Source: Cyanidioschyzon merolae (taxonomy: Eukaryota). Taken from it: 64,000 bases of DNA. Below are positions 24,073 through 33,439 of this stretch, piece by piece (position 1 is the first letter of the stretch; the number at the start of each line of letters is the position of its first letter). The notes beneath the pieces were generated by a model. The model had not been told where the DNA came from and made no database searches. It saw nothing but the letters and a program-made list of their open reading frames with translations. A program made the position numbers and the translations under genes. The stretch is taken from the NCBI GenBank assembly GCA_000091205.1, contig AP006495.2; one strand, given 5' to 3'.

Positions 24073-25758
24073 TCAAACTTGAGCTATAGCACAGCCATCT
24101 GCGCGGGGATCGCTGCCTCCCCAAAAGACGCCTGCATCTGCATCCCGCATTATGACCTGGCCGCGGCCAAAAGCCATCCGAGCAGGTCCTCGAACATCAC
24201 TCATTTTGATAGGATGCCCCAAATGCTGCAATTCAGAAGCCACATGCGGCAATATGCCCTGCTCCAGCAGAAGGGGAGCGTGCGCAATGTTCTCCGGCCG
24301 GAAGTTTCGGGACTCGATGAAAAAACGAGGCGCATCGAGGGCAGCTTGCGCATCCATTTTGCGATCCATCATATTCACGATGACCTGAAGATGACCTTGC
24401 GGTTGCATCATACCCCCCATGACCCCGAAAGCTGAGAACAGGCATCCAGACGAGGCATGCACTGCCATTCCTGGCATGAGCGTGTGATATGGACGACGGC
24501 ATGGCCCCAGAACGTTCGGGCTCCGTGAATCAAGACTGAAACCGAGACCGCGATTTTGGAGCGAGAAACCAAAACCTTCCGGAACAATGCCGGTACCGAA
24601 TCCCTTGCAAGTTGAGTTAACGAAGGAACATGCGTTTCCTTGTTCATCCACAACACAGAATTGGACAGTATCGGATCCAGCGAATCCGGCAGCGGATGAC
24701 GATTGTTGGCTGAGTTGGGCACGACCTTCGCGGAATATACGTCGCCAGGTTCTCATGGAATCGTCGGTAAAAAGTCTGCACACTGCTCCACAGTCTACTT
24801 GACCGCAACAACGACACGAGTCCGGTGCGTGTGATCGATCCGCTATGTAGGTGTCGGCCACTAGGAACCCGACGCGCATCGCCCGTATCAGCGCATCCAA
24901 CAAGGCAGCGTCTTGCCCGGCCGTGTGAAGGCTCTCGAGATCAATGCCATCCAAAATCTTAAGTGCTATCAATGTTGCGAGGCCTTGCGTTGGTGGCGGC
25001 ATCTCGTAGATCCGAACACCCCGGTATTCCGCCTGAAGCGGCTCTGCCTCTTCCGTGCGATGCGAACGCAAATCCTCATGGAGCATGGGCACCGAAGCTA
25101 AACTCGAAACGATCGCATCTGCTACTGGACCTTCGTAAAAGCCCGCTTTACCACGTTCCGCGATAAGTCGCAACGCTCGGCCTAAACCGGGGTTTCGGAA
25201 AACTTCACCGGCTCGCGGTGCTCTGCAGCGTTCCACGAGCAGCGCAGACCCGCCCGGGGACCTTTTCAGCAAGTCCACGCTGCTCCGCCACTGCAGCGCT
25301 GTCAGCGGGGACACTGGGAAACCGAACTCTGCAAGCTGTATAGCCGGGTCAAGAACTGACCTTATCGGAACAGATCCGCTACTGAAGCGATCAATCGCGT
25401 CACACCATAAAGCCGGTGCACCGGGTACGGTGACAGTTAGTGGTGACGCTGGGGCAAGCTCCTTCAGACCTGCTCTCTGCACGGCTTCCAGTGTTAAGGC
25501 TGCTGGCGAGCGTCCACAACCTAACAGTGCGGACACTTTCTTCTCTTTAGCGTCAAAATACAAAAGCAGGGCATCGCCGCCTATGCCTGTGGAGCACGGC
25601 TCCGTCACGGCGAGCGTCGCCGCAACGGCCACAGCCGCGTCTACCGCGGTCCCGCCTGCTGTGAGCACCTGAATCCCAGCCTGTGAGGCCAGCGGTTGAG
25701 AAGCGGCACACAAACCTCTCAAACTCAAGACGGGAGAACGCCGAGAGTGGAACTCCAT
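24073..25758 (-). CDS. GGT: gamma-glutamyltranspeptidase (Ntn-hydrolase)
   Basis: 561 aa starting at ATG. N-terminal GIGGDALLLYFD, autoprocessing/catalytic Thr region AGSDTVQFCVVDEQGNACSFVNS, C-terminal MGGMMQPQGH...GGSDPRADG. Typical GGT architecture. Its start sits only 21 bp downstream of the NDUFA9 stop. Confidence 0.85.
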   Translation of the reverse strand: MEFHSRRSPVLSLRGLCAASQPLASQAGIQVLTAGGTAVDAAVAVAATLAVTEPCSTGIGGDALLLYFDAKEKKVSALLGCGRSPAALTLEAVQRAGLKELAPASPLTVTVPGAPALWCDAIDRFSSGSVPIRSVLDPAIQLAEFGFPVSPLTALQWRSSVDLLKRSPGGSALLVERCRAPRAGEVFRNPGLGRALRLIAERGKAGFYEGPVADAIVSSLASVPMLHEDLRSHRTEEAEPLQAEYRGVRIYEMPPPTQGLATLIALKILDGIDLESLHTAGQDAALLDALIRAMRVGFLVADTYIADRSHAPDSCRCCGQVDCGAVCRLFTDDSMRTWRRIFREGRAQLSQQSSSAAGFAGSDTVQFCVVDEQGNACSFVNSTCKGFGTGIVPEGFGFSLQNRGLGFSLDSRSPNVLGPCRRPYHTLMPGMAVHASSGCLFSAFGVMGGMMQPQGHLQVIVNMMDRKMDAQAALDAPRFFIESRNFRPENIAHAPLLLEQGILPHVASELQHLGHPIKMSDVRGPARMAFGRGQVIMRDADAGVFWGGSDPRADGCAIAQV

Positions 25759-25779
25759 GCAGAGGCCCGCCAGTCTCGT

Positions 25780-26958
25780 CTAATCAACGTAAAAAAGCGA
25801 ACTCCGATCTCCACCCTTGCGATATTGGCGCAGCGTGTTACGACCGAGGTCGCTCAAAAGATCGTGCGGTATGATGTCCAGGTCATCAAATGTGCCCAGT
25901 GCTTCACGCTCCTCCCCTGATGATAATATGGAGCTGGCTATCACATCAGACGCCTCTCTGACGGCATCGCTCTCCGTAAAAAGCGGTGAAGGGTTCACCA
26001 AAGGTAGCCGCATTCCCGTGAGGCGCATGACGACTTTGGCAATAGGGAGGGGTAAGTTCAAAAGATTAAGCTCCCTTTTCGTAGAGTCTGCGACAAATTC
26101 TACTACTTCACGGCGGGTAAGCACCCGGGGACCGAATAGTTCGTACGTCTTCCCCGCAGTGGACTCGGGATTGCGCACACTCGATACAATTGCTCGGGCG
26201 ACATCGTCTACCCAAACTGGTTGAGTCCGGCTTTTTCCGCCTTGGACGACGGGAACAAACCCTAGCCTACTGAGCGAAGTAGCTATCCTCGCAAGAAAGC
26301 GATCTTCCATGCCCCAAATATCTGCTGGGCGGAAAATCGTCGCTCGCGGGAAAGCTTGTCGAACAAGCCGTTCGCCCTCGATCTTAGAGCGAGACCAGCG
26401 ATCTTCTGGATACTCCGAGTTCGCCTTACTGTAAGCAGGTAGAGCGGACACATGGATAAAGTGCTCTACCTGTTCGAGGCTTGCAAGACGCGCGATAGTC
26501 TCCGCAACACCAATATTCACGTCCTCGAGGGAGTAGTACCTCGTATCGTACCATTTTCCGATAAGGTTGATTACGACGTTCGAGCCCGCAATTGATCGAC
26601 GCAGGGAATTGATGTCCCGAGCTTCAATCTGAATAGGATTGATCTGACCTAGATCGCCCATAACCTTCAGATGTCGATTGTCCAGTTCGTCACCTCTCCA
26701 GGCAACAAAAACTGTGCTCCCAATGCGCCCCAACTGACTAACAACGTACCGTCCCAGAAAGCCCGTTGAACCAAAAACAGTAGCAATAATCCCGGAGACC
26801 GAGGAGCGTCCTCCAGTGCCCTCGGCTCGCAACACAGGCGAAACAAGTCGAGCTTTCTCGCTTAAGTTCGTTGGAGAGCTCATGTACCGCACTGCGCTAC
26901 CATTACGCTGCAGGCTGAGCCGCAGCAGCCGGACGGACGCAGCCCCACAGCTGTCCAT
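25780..26958 (-). CDS. NDUFA9: NADH dehydrogenase (ubiquinone) 1 alpha subcomplex subunit 9 (complex I 39-kDa, NAD-dependent epimerase fold), mitochondrial
   Basis: [33 protein letters not shown] and [35 protein letters not shown] align closely with human NDUFA9 ([30 protein letters not shown]..., [35 protein letters not shown]). N-terminal mitochondrial-type presequence. ATG start. Confidence 0.9.
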   Translation of the reverse strand: [392 protein letters not shown]

Positions 26959-27902
26959 GAGGCTTGAAACGCAGCAAACGAAGGTGTTTTCAGTATGGAC
27001 CGCCGCAACGACTGTAAAGTTTAGTCAGTTGGCACGTTGGTACGCTCTCTGCCAATGGCATACGGCGCCGCGGCTGGGATCACAGCTGCTCCTCGAGCAT
27101 CTGGGCGGCATTGTTTCCGGCCCGAACACCCATGAGCCAGCAATGCTGGTTGCGACAATAACCTCTGGAGATATATATAACAGAACTGCTCTAATGTGAG
27201 GCAGACAGTAAGATCTGGACCAACTATTGAAATAATCCTGCAGTGCCCAATTCGTTCGCCGGTAAGCTCTTCGGATGAGAACTATGAGTTGAAGCAGCTC
27301 TCCGAAACTTTCGGTAACATGTAGAACGGCTGGATGGAGAGGATGGATCACAGTCGTTGTACAGACTGTTATCGAATGGGTCCGAGAAATCCCAATCACA
27401 CAAATTCGCACCAAGGCTGTTAGAGAACAAGAGAACAGCAGCTCGCTTCCACAGTGATGCACAGCAAAAATTCAAGATCGATTAGCGTACGGAAAGCGAA
27501 CAGAACTTGTACACTCTAAAAGGAAGCTATCGATCAGGTTGCATCCTCTACTAAGTGAATTCACGCTTCACTTAAATGATTTCGCTATATACTGCTCAGC
27601 TGTTGGCATCATCCAGACAAGTTCTTTCAATTCGAAGTGAGCTCAAGCGCCTCTTCATTTGATGCTACAAGACGAGTTTGTGGTTCAAAGTTGGATTGTG
27701 AGACCTGTCGCCGTCGGGCTCCCCAACTACTTTGCAGCATTGAGTTGAGATTCTGTGATGAACCGTGGGCACAGATAAAATAACGGGCTTTTCATACGAG
27801 AGTCTTCAGCCGAGAACGGTCAGCACGACGAAGACTGTGCGAACGTTTACCAGGTACATCGATTCCCGCCGCATACATGGTCTGTCTCTATAAATCGGAG
27901 TT

Positions 27903-28674
27903 GGAGCGGTTTCGTTTCGGGGAACTTTCGCGTGCGCTATGTGAGTTCTAGGGCTCCTATGCTCGACTGAGGGTGCGCTGACGGTATTTCGAGACGTCAT
28001 GTATGCGAGTGCTCCTCAGGCGCAGCCGCGGTGGTATATATGCTGCAGCTTGGGTTGGCGCCGGCGCCCAGCTCAGCTAGGACGCCATGTTGGGAGAGAT
28101 GCTGCGCCGAAGCGACACAGGATATGCTTTGTACAGTTTTGAGCAGAGGCAGAATGCCGTGTTGCAACAGACGCTTTACAGCAGCGAGGCGCAGTAGTCA
28201 CCAGAAAACTGCGGCGCGCCCGCTGTTGTCTCTGGGCTGTGTTACCGGCCTGTGCGTTATCGCACCCGTGTGGTAACTGGCCCTTCCAAAGGGCACCTCG
28301 CGCTGGCCCTAATGAATCCAGACGTCCACGAGCGACTACGTATGCTTCAGAGAGACCAAGCTGTCCCGAAGAGATGGGATGGCGACGCTCGCTCCCCGCG
28401 AACCTATCATCATATCACTCTGGTGCATGGAAGGCCTGCTGTCTCAGTGGCGTACTCCTTGACTGCGCACTTGGCCTGCTCAAGCCGTCGGATGCCTGTA
28501 AAACCTAATGGAATATTCGACGCTGTGCTTTGGAAAGGCAGCGCTGGCGTCCAATAGACCTCCGGCAGGGAGCTGGCGGTGCTGCTGATATTGATGCTGG
28601 TGTCGTTGTCTCGTGCAATAAACGCAGGTCAGGTAATGCTCTTTTTCTTGAACGAGCCATTTTCCGAGATACTT
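27903..28674. repeat. 772-bp dispersed direct repeat, copy 2 (99% identical to 7354..8125)
   Basis: See copy 1. Constant offset of 20549 bp with no indels; substitutions only (e.g. CTTCGG vs CTTTGG, GGCCGGG vs GGTCAGG). Confidence 0.9.
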
Positions 28675-29079
28675 TCGAAAGCACGCACGCGGGCAGGACA
28701 CCGGCGAACTCTATTCGGCTGTATAGCAGATCAAATCTGATCTCCTGAGGACAGATAAGGTGCGAGGAAAGTGCGATGATGCCGATTTCGCTAGGGTTTC
28801 ATTCCACTGAAAGAGCCTCCAAAATCTTTGAAAATCGTTGCACTCTGTGTTAATATAAAATTCGATTCAGGAAAAAAATGCGAACACAAAGGTACCAGTT
28901 GCTCCTGTTAACAGAAAATTGTGTGCACCTGAGCTACGAGAAACTGAGGTGTTTAGTTCTGAGCCGATTTTTCATGCAAACGAAGAAGAAATATCCTAGA
29001 AACGGTGTCTATAGCTCCTTAGATGCTCTCCTCAAGGATATCCTCCATACTGTTTTAAGGGCTAGCTAAATAAAGACTA

Positions 29080-30180
29080 TCATTTCGATCTCTTGTAGAT
29101 GCTCTGCAACAGAAATCTGAGGGCCTCCACCGGGAAGTCCGCATCCAGGGCTTCAAGTTTGCGTTGAATTCGGGCATAACTTTCCTGATCATAGGTTTGA
29201 AATCGTTGCGGTAAACCAAGCTCGCGGTAGAGCGCCTTGATGCGAGCCACGCTATCGGAATCCTGTTTGCCATACGAACAGCGCAGCATTTCCCGCTGGG
29301 CAGGAGAGCAGCACTTTAGTGCTTCGACGATCAGCCAAGTACACTTTCTTTCTTCAATGTCTGTTCCAACCTTTCCTGTCACCACAGGATCCCCAAAGCA
29401 GTCCAGAAAATCATCCTGTGCCTGAAAGTAAGCACCCATCTCGAGCAGGATTTCCTTCGCTTGCTGGTAATACAACGAGTTCCGGATGCCCGCCAGACGC
29501 ATTCCAAGTGCCACGGGAAGATAAAAACTGTAAATTGCGGTCTTGAAGCGATAGATTCGGAGAAGGTTCTGCTCAGTAAACTTTTCGAGCATAGCGTCGG
29601 ATCCGGTGCTCGATTCGAGGTCTAACATCTGTCCGACTTCTGTGCTGTATGTCGTATCGAGAAAGAGTTCAACAAGGTCCAGATAAAGTTCGGGATCACT
29701 TTCACGGGCCCGAAACCTCCTGCGGAGCAGACGATAGATTTGTGCCTCTATCAGCAGGCAGTCGTTCACGGAACTTAAACCAATATGGTCCAACAAATAG
29801 TAGCACGGACGGCCGCGGCGGGTCTTGCTCCCGTCCATAACGTCATCAGCGACCAGAAAAAAAGCTTGGAGCCACTCGACGCACCAGCCAAGTAGCAACG
29901 CATCCTGACGCTCCTGTTCCGAGAGCGCTTCGAAGGTCTCGCAGCGGCGTGCTGCTCGATACGCTTCCAGAACCGCGAGACCTCGGTTCAGCTTACCGTG
30001 CGGAACATTGTAGTCCAAGCAAAACTTCACTCTTTCAAGGATGTTATCCGGGAGCTGAAAGTCCCCTGAACTGAGATCAGAAAGAATCTCTTCCCGTATC
30101 TTTGCATAAGCTGCCAAGAACGCCTCCCGCTTCTCCATAGGAACTGCAGTCTCAAGGGCGGCACCGGGAGTGCGCTGCAT
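29080..30180 (-). CDS. FPPS: farnesyl diphosphate synthase (short-chain trans-prenyltransferase)
   Basis: FARM LVADDVMDGSKTRRGRPCYY and SARM GAYFQAQDDFLDCFGDPVVTGKVGTDIEERKCTWLIVEAL match the FPPS consensus (LVADDIMDSSLTRRGQ / [31 protein letters not shown]). The track ORF starts TTG at 30291; the in-frame ATGs are 30180 and 30138 (MEKRE..., which gives about 352 aa, like cytosolic FPPS). Confidence 0.9.
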   Translation of the reverse strand: MQRTPGAALETAVPMEKREAFLAAYAKIREEILSDLSSGDFQLPDNILERVKFCLDYNVPHGKLNRGLAVLEAYRAARRCETFEALSEQERQDALLLGWCVEWLQAFFLVADDVMDGSKTRRGRPCYYLLDHIGLSSVNDCLLIEAQIYRLLRRRFRARESDPELYLDLVELFLDTTYSTEVGQMLDLESSTGSDAMLEKFTEQNLLRIYRFKTAIYSFYLPVALGMRLAGIRNSLYYQQAKEILLEMGAYFQAQDDFLDCFGDPVVTGKVGTDIEERKCTWLIVEALKCCSPAQREMLRCSYGKQDSDSVARIKALYRELGLPQRFQTYDQESYARIQRKLEALDADFPVEALRFLLQSIYKRSK

Positions 30181-30232
30181 CCGCCGCACACGCTTCCGAA
30201 CAACGGTTGAACTTCCGAGGCTCCACACCGAA

Positions 30233-32449
30233 ATGTCGCACTGTTTCGTACCATCCACTTTTCTGTGGACTGTAAACGTGCGAAATTGCAAAACTGTTCC
30301 TCAAAGACAAACTTTGCAGAAAGCGTTCGGCAGCCGTGTTTTCCGACTACGGCCGGGAGCGTTAGCAAGGCTGCGCTGCCTGGACACAGTCCCTGTGACG
30401 TTGAACACAATATCAACCCCTGAAGACGGAGATGCAACCCCTCGGGATTCCATACGGGAGACTTTTCCCCTTGTGGCCGTCGTCGGCCATGACTTAGTTA
30501 AGCTGGCCTTGCTGCTTGCGGCTGTGAACCCAAAGGTTGGAGGTGTCCTGATATCCGGTGGACGGGGCACTGCCAAGTCAGTGCTGGCCAGAGCAGTGCA
30601 AGCGCTGCTTCCTCCGATAGAGGTTGTCTTGGGATCACCGTACAATGAGGTGCCCCGTGGAGACTTGCCTGAAAGCAAAAGAGCAATCATTCCAGCACCA
30701 TTTGTACAAGTGCCCCTAAATGCAACGGAGGATCGACTGGTGGGGTCCATCGACATAGAGCGCTCTATGAAACTGGGGGAATCTGTTTTCCAACCTGGTG
30801 TCCTAGCTAGGGCCCACCGAGGTATCCTCTATGTTGATGACATCAATCTGCTGGATGAGAGCATTGCTAACCTGCTGCTTTCGGTTGTATCTGAAGGTCG
30901 CGTGCTGGTGGAAAGAGAAGGCATCTCTCTCGGCTATCCCTGTGAACCTCTTCTGATAGCAACTTTTAACCCAGATGAAGGCCCTATCCGTCCACACTTG
31001 GCAGATCGCATGGCAGCTATTGTGAACGCAGATTCTCCACCGCTCTCTATCGAGGAACGCATACGGGCTGTAGATGCCGTTACCGAGTTTTACCGTAACC
31101 CTCGTGAATTTGTACGCAAGTACGAACAGGAGATGGATGAGCTCCGACAGCGCATTATATTCGCACGGGAAGAGTATCGCGACGTGGTCATCGCTCGTAA
31201 GCAGGTAGAATATCTATGTGAAGAGTCCATTCGAGGTGCCGTCCAGGGCCATCGGGCCGAAATCTTCGCCGCCGAACTGGCTCGTGCGAATGCTGCCTTC
31301 GAAGGACGCCTCCGTGTCAATGAACAAGACCTTCGTATCGCAGTTCGCCTAGCCATATTCCCCCGAGCAAAGGTCTTCTATCGCGACAACAATGATGAGG
31401 AAAATGTATCCCAGAAGCGCCCGCCTCCACCACCCCCACCGCCATCAAATGAGCAGGATGGTGAAGAGAAGGAAGATGAATCGGAGCAAGAACAAGAAGA
31501 GGAGGATGAGAATGAGATCGAAGAGGCTCCGCAGGTACCCGAAGAGTTCATGTTTGATCCCGAAGGCGTCCCCATCGATCCGGAGCTGTTGAATATTGCA
31601 CAGGGGCAGCAGAAGCAGGGCCGCAGCGGCGGTCGAGGTATCATATTTTCCGACGAGCGAGGGCGCTACGTCAAGGCGATGTTTCCGCGCGGGAAAGTGA
31701 AGCGTGTGGCTATCGATGCTACCATACGCTCTGCGGCCCCCTACCAAAGAATGAGGCGCGCACGCCATGCTCAGGAAAATGGAAGAAGGGTCTTCATTGA
31801 GCCTCCAGATCTTCGAGCCAAGCGTATGGCCAGGAAAGCGGGAGCTTTGGTCCTTTTCGTGGTGGATGCTTCGGGGTCCATGGCCTTAAATCGAATGAGC
31901 TCCGCCAAAGGAGCAGCGATTCGACTGCTCGCAGAGGCGTACCAGTCCAGGGATCAAATCGCCTTGATAACCTTTGGAGGGGAGTGTGCAAGCGTGCTGC
32001 TACCACCGACGCGCTCGGTTAGCATGGCAAAACGACGTCTGGAGACCATGCCATGTGGCGGAGGCTCACCGTTGGCACACGCGCTGACTGTCGCGGCTCG
32101 CGTAGGCGTTAACGCGATGAAAAGTGGAGATATCGGACGTTGTGTGCTAGTGCTCGTTTCCGACGGTCGGGCAAACATTCCCTTGAAAGTTTCTTTGGGC
32201 GAAAAGCTTGAACAGAAACCCACAAAAGAGGAACTGAAGAATGAAGTACTGGACTTGGCGAAGAAGATACGCGGTATTAACGGTTTCAGCATTCTGGTCA
32301 TTGATAGCGAGAACAAATTTGTGAGCACGGGTCTCGCAAAGGAACTGGCACAAGCAGCGGGAGGCACCTATCACTACATCCCACGAGCAACAGATGCTGC
32401 TGTCGCTGGTGTCGCCGCAGACGCAATCAAACAGATGCGGCAGCTGTAG
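30233..32449 (+). CDS. chlD: magnesium-chelatase subunit D (ChlD) with N-terminal presequence, AAA+ module, acidic/polyproline linker and C-terminal vWA/MIDAS domain
   Basis: AAA+ N-domain VVGHDLVKLALLLAAVNPKVGGVLISGGRGTAKSVLARA. Linker QKRPPPPPPPPSNEQDGEEKEDESEQEQEEEDENEIEE. vWA LVLFVVDASGSMALNRMSSAKGAAIRLLAEAYQSRDQIALITFGG. First ATG at 30233 (the track ORF begins GTG at 30170) gives about 75 aa of presequence, MSHCFVPSTF..., before the conserved core. Confidence 0.9.
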   Translation: MSHCFVPSTFLWTVNVRNCKTVPQRQTLQKAFGSRVFRLRPGALARLRCLDTVPVTLNTISTPEDGDATPRDSIRETFPLVAVVGHDLVKLALLLAAVNPKVGGVLISGGRGTAKSVLARAVQALLPPIEVVLGSPYNEVPRGDLPESKRAIIPAPFVQVPLNATEDRLVGSIDIERSMKLGESVFQPGVLARAHRGILYVDDINLLDESIANLLLSVVSEGRVLVEREGISLGYPCEPLLIATFNPDEGPIRPHLADRMAAIVNADSPPLSIEERIRAVDAVTEFYRNPREFVRKYEQEMDELRQRIIFAREEYRDVVIARKQVEYLCEESIRGAVQGHRAEIFAAELARANAAFEGRLRVNEQDLRIAVRLAIFPRAKVFYRDNNDEENVSQKRPPPPPPPPSNEQDGEEKEDESEQEQEEEDENEIEEAPQVPEEFMFDPEGVPIDPELLNIAQGQQKQGRSGGRGIIFSDERGRYVKAMFPRGKVKRVAIDATIRSAAPYQRMRRARHAQENGRRVFIEPPDLRAKRMARKAGALVLFVVDASGSMALNRMSSAKGAAIRLLAEAYQSRDQIALITFGGECASVLLPPTRSVSMAKRRLETMPCGGGSPLAHALTVAARVGVNAMKSGDIGRCVLVLVSDGRANIPLKVSLGEKLEQKPTKEELKNEVLDLAKKIRGINGFSILVIDSENKFVSTGLAKELAQAAGGTYHYIPRATDAAVAGVAADAIKQMRQL

Positions 32450-33439
32450 CGCTTGTCAATCGTCTAACGAGCGGAACGCCTAGGAAGAGCTAAATGTGCA
32501 GTGCACACAGGAATCCACCTTCAGAAATCGGGTGCTTTGCACCGGCTACAGTACTGTAAGCAATGTTCCTGTACATGCGATCATTAACGCCTGAGTCGAA
32601 TCCCTATAAACCGCGTCAAAAACAAAGACTTGGCAAGATACGCTCGTCCAGAATTGATCCGCATCGCCGGTTGGGAAGCATTTGTTTCGGAATGCTAGGC
32701 ATAGCCCAGTTTCTTTGAAGCACTGCACTTTAGGGCGGAGCGCTATCGAGAGAATAGATACATTTCGAGAGAAAGGTTCAAGAGTTTCTCGTTACCGGCT
32801 TGGGAAGCTACAGGTAAGTGCGTGGTGAGTAAGAGCTGAATCATGCGTCAAAGATCCATCTGGTTGTTTGCTTTCATGAACAGATGCTCCAGTCAGCGCT
32901 CTGTTTCTTCATAGAACCGTGAAACCCCTGAGCAAACGAGACCAGCACAAATAAGTGTTCGATGCAAGGAGGGCAGCTTGATGCATCTTGATCGTCCTGA
33001 TAGCGCCTTTTGACTAAACCATTTGTGCTGAAGCCATCCCGGCGCGCCAGATGAATTGTGCTCGAGTTCATTATCATTCTTCCTGGATCAGAGAGTTGTG
33101 GGTGGAAACCACCCCTGTAGGCTGCGGCTCAGCGGTGTAGTGGTAACTCGAGACCCTAGCGAGCTTACAGCTGTTGTTTATCAACCAAAGTTTCGCTAAG
33201 GGGGTGCATCACTGGGGCTATCAAGTAGCTAACTGGAGAAAGGCGAAGATCGGGTAAGTTATTTCCGCAAAAAAATTCTACACCCGTGTCGTAGTGAAAC
33301 GGAGCACCGAGTTGCTCGTAATGTTCGAGCAATTCGAGATTGTACGAACTTTTATAAACGCTCGAATTCGACATTCGAAATGCAGCAATTAGGGCTTACG
33401 GATTCAAACCTCTTTTAGGAATGTTCTCTCATCTTTAGA

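Noticed and set aside
24073-25758. GGT as a bacterial contaminant or HGT gene because of its bacterial-like length and organisation
   Set aside because: GGT of this architecture is widespread in eukaryotes. It sits 21 bp from NDUFA9 in matching composition, and nothing in the sequence singles it out.
30170-30291. Apparent coding overlap of FPPS and ChlD ORFs (121 bp) as a genuine overlapping-gene arrangement
   Set aside because: Both overlapping extensions start at non-ATG codons supplied by the ORF caller. Using the first ATGs, the genes are divergent and non-overlapping with about 52 bp between them; this is reported as a tight bidirectional pair instead.
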